Positions 62,190-64,000 of a stretch of 64,000 nt of DNA are shown here, piece by piece. The notes beneath the pieces were generated by a model. It saw only the letters and a program-made list of their open reading frames with translations. It was not told where the DNA came from and made no database searches. This DNA is from Anaeromyxobacteraceae bacterium (GTDB lineage Bacteria > Myxococcota > Myxococcia > Myxococcales > Anaeromyxobacteraceae): positions 416,001-480,000 of the forward strand of contig JAULAX010000015.1 in NCBI GenBank assembly GCA_032654565.1, given 5' to 3'. Made by a program: the position numbers and the translations under genes. The first letter of the stretch is position 1, and every line of letters begins with the position of its first letter.

Positions 62190-62642
62190 GTGGACCGCTA
62201 CGCCAAGAGCTTCATCGTCCGTTGGGCCGACTGCGACGCCAACGGCCACCTGCGCAACACCGGCTACAGCGAGTACGCCATCGAGGTCCGCATGGCCTAC
62301 CTGGCCGAGCACGAGTTCGGCCTCGCCGAGATGCGCCAGCACGGCATCGGCCCGGTGCTGCTCCGCGAGGAGATCGACTACCTGCGCGAGTGCCACATGG
62401 GCGAGGAGCTCACCTGCACCTTCACGGCGCTGGGGCTGTCGCCCGACGGCGCCCGCTTCAAGGTGGTCCACGAGCTCTGGAAGCAGAACGGCAAGCAGGC
62501 GGCCCGCATCGTGGTGCTGGGCGGCTGGATCGACACCAGGCTGCGCCGGCTGGCCGCGCCGCCCGATGGCCTGCGCGAGGCCTTCGAGAAGGCGCCGCGC
62601 GGCGGGCCGTTCGAGACGCTGCCGCCGGCCGGCCAGCGCTGA
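62190..62642 (+). CDS. Hotdog-fold acyl-CoA thioesterase (4HBT family)
   Basis: VRWADCDANGHLRNTGY and IDYLREC. Confidence 0.88.
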   Translation: MDRYAKSFIVRWADCDANGHLRNTGYSEYAIEVRMAYLAEHEFGLAEMRQHGIGPVLLREEIDYLRECHMGEELTCTFTALGLSPDGARFKVVHELWKQNGKQAARIVVLGGWIDTRLRRLAAPPDGLREAFEKAPRGGPFETLPPAGQR

Positions 62643-62743
62643 GCGCCGGAGAGGGCCGGGGCGCGCCGCGGCCGGGGGGAGTCCGGAGGGCGCAGACAGG
62701 CAGCCTGCGCCGCAGCAGGGAACGGGCCCGGTGAGTGGCGACT

Positions 62744-64000
62744 TCAGGGTCCCGGCGCCGGCGCGACGGCCCGGGCCGCGGCCACCACCGCCGACTCCAG
62801 CCGGGGGGCCAGCTCGGTGCCGTAGTAGCTGCGCTGCGCCTCGCCCCGCCCCACGGTGAAGCGGGCGGTGGTCTCCACGTAGCCGACGTAGCCGCCCACC
62901 AGCGAGAGCAGCTCGGCGTCCGGCCCGGCCGCGGCCCGCCAGTCCCGGCCCACCCCCTCCACCGGCTCGGAGGGGGTGGCCAGCAGCAGCACCGGCCCCA
63001 GCCGCAGCGCCGTGACCCGCGCCGTCGCCGGCAGCATGGCCCCCAGCAGCGCGCGCGCCGCCGGCCGGAGCAGGCGCGGCACCGCCCCGGGCGCCAGCGG
63101 CGGCAGCGACACCTCGGCCGAGGCAACCGCCAGGCGCGGCGAGCGGTCGGCCGGCCCGGCGGCCAGGGCGTCGATGGAGTCGCCCAGCAGGCGGGCGTAG
63201 GCGGCGTGCTGGGTCTCGCCCGGCGCCACCGAGGTGGGGGGCAGCCGGACCGACTGGTCGCCGATGGCCCCCTGGAAGAAGAGGCGCGGCCCGTGGGCCC
63301 CGGCCGCCAGCAGGCGCCCCGGCCAGTCTCCGCTGAGCCGACGGTTGTCCTGGCCGAGGAAGGTGGGGTGGGCCGAGAAGGCGACCAGCTCCGCCACCGG
63401 CTCGCCGCCCGGCCGGCTCAGCCGCAGCACCAGCAGCCGGTCGTCGGGCTCGGCGCCGGTCCGGTTGCGGGTCAGGCCGTCGAGGTGGGCGCGGGTCACC
63501 GCCAGCGTGGCCGGGGCGCGGGCGGCGTGGGCGGCGCGGACCACCGCGGCCAGATCGTCGACCAGCCGGGTGAAGGTGTCCGGGTCGTACGGGCCGGTGG
63601 CGGCGATGATCCCGGCGGTGGAGTCCCAGTAGCCGCCCAGGCCGGCGTGGGTGTGGGTGGCGGCCAGCAGCAGGGCGTCGAGGCCGAGGTCGGCCACCCG
63701 GGCCCGGAGCGCGGCGTCGAGCGCTTCGGGGATGAGCAGCAGCTCCACCGAGACCAGCGCCACCCGGGCCCCCGGCTCCTCCAGCACCAGCGCCCGCGCC
63801 GTGAGCGGGTCGCGCACCCCCTCGGCCTTCCAGAGCAGGCGGGGGAAGCCGGCGATGAGCGGGGCCGGACCGAGGGTCAGCGGCCGCACCGCCACGCCGG
63901 CCGAGAGCGGCCCGCCGCCGGTGACCACCGCGGTCACCGTGGGCCTCGATGAGGGGCGATCGGCCCGCCACGGGAGCGAGAGCAGGGCCAGCGCCACCAG
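62744..64000 (-). CDS. Neutral/alkaline ceramidase-like hydrolase (5' end probably beyond the window)
   Basis: RDPLTARALVL, ATHTHAG, FSAHPT, LSGDWPG, FFQGAIGDQ, PSEP and GYV motifs. Confidence 0.82.
   Translation of the reverse strand: MVALALLSLPWRADRPSSRPTVTAVVTGGGPLSAGVAVRPLTLGPAPLIAGFPRLLWKAEGVRDPLTARALVLEEPGARVALVSVELLLIPEALDAALRARVADLGLDALLLAATHTHAGLGGYWDSTAGIIAATGPYDPDTFTRLVDDLAAVVRAAHAARAPATLAVTRAHLDGLTRNRTGAEPDDRLLVLRLSRPGGEPVAELVAFSAHPTFLGQDNRRLSGDWPGRLLAAGAHGPRLFFQGAIGDQSVRLPPTSVAPGETQHAAYARLLGDSIDALAAGPADRSPRLAVASAEVSLPPLAPGAVPRLLRPAARALLGAMLPATARVTALRLGPVLLLATPSEPVEGVGRDWRAAAGPDAELLSLVGGYVGYVETTARFTVGRGEAQRSYYGTELAPRLESAVVAAARAVAPAPGP

Overview
A very GC-rich bacterial chromosomal segment. 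Gene content and protein style point to Myxococcota, probably Anaeromyxobacter-like; this is an inference. About 46 densely packed CDS. No rRNA, tRNA, CRISPR array, transposase or integrase was recognised. Main blocks: (1) ABC exporter, cusBA copper/silver RND efflux, a ~2060-aa secreted multicopper oxidase with 7 tandem Ig-like repeats, and a Kelch/Ig lipoprotein; (2) ECF sigma/anti-sigma operon divergent from a DUF4175-TPR/zincin-MoxR-DUF58-BatA/vWA-NagZ operon; (3) glnB-ntrB-ntrC-glnA with readable sigma54 and NtrC sites; (4) hydrolases, pyk, GAF/HD-GYP and an RlmN-like radical SAM enzyme; (5) a second ECF operon with DUF3106, a beta-barrel and a small peptide; (6) DUF47-PiT, Smr, a hybrid kinase, an IGHMBP2-like helicase coupled to a YprB-like exonuclease, and PilZ-PilZ-REC; (7) a divergent cluster of Cys-knot lipoproteins and hairpin-tailed PEGA-type proteins. 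The strongest unexplained signal is a ~215-bp, three-block, spacing-conserved non-coding module duplicated upstream of the multicopper oxidase and the Kelch lipoprotein. All calls come from motif reading by eye, with no database searches.
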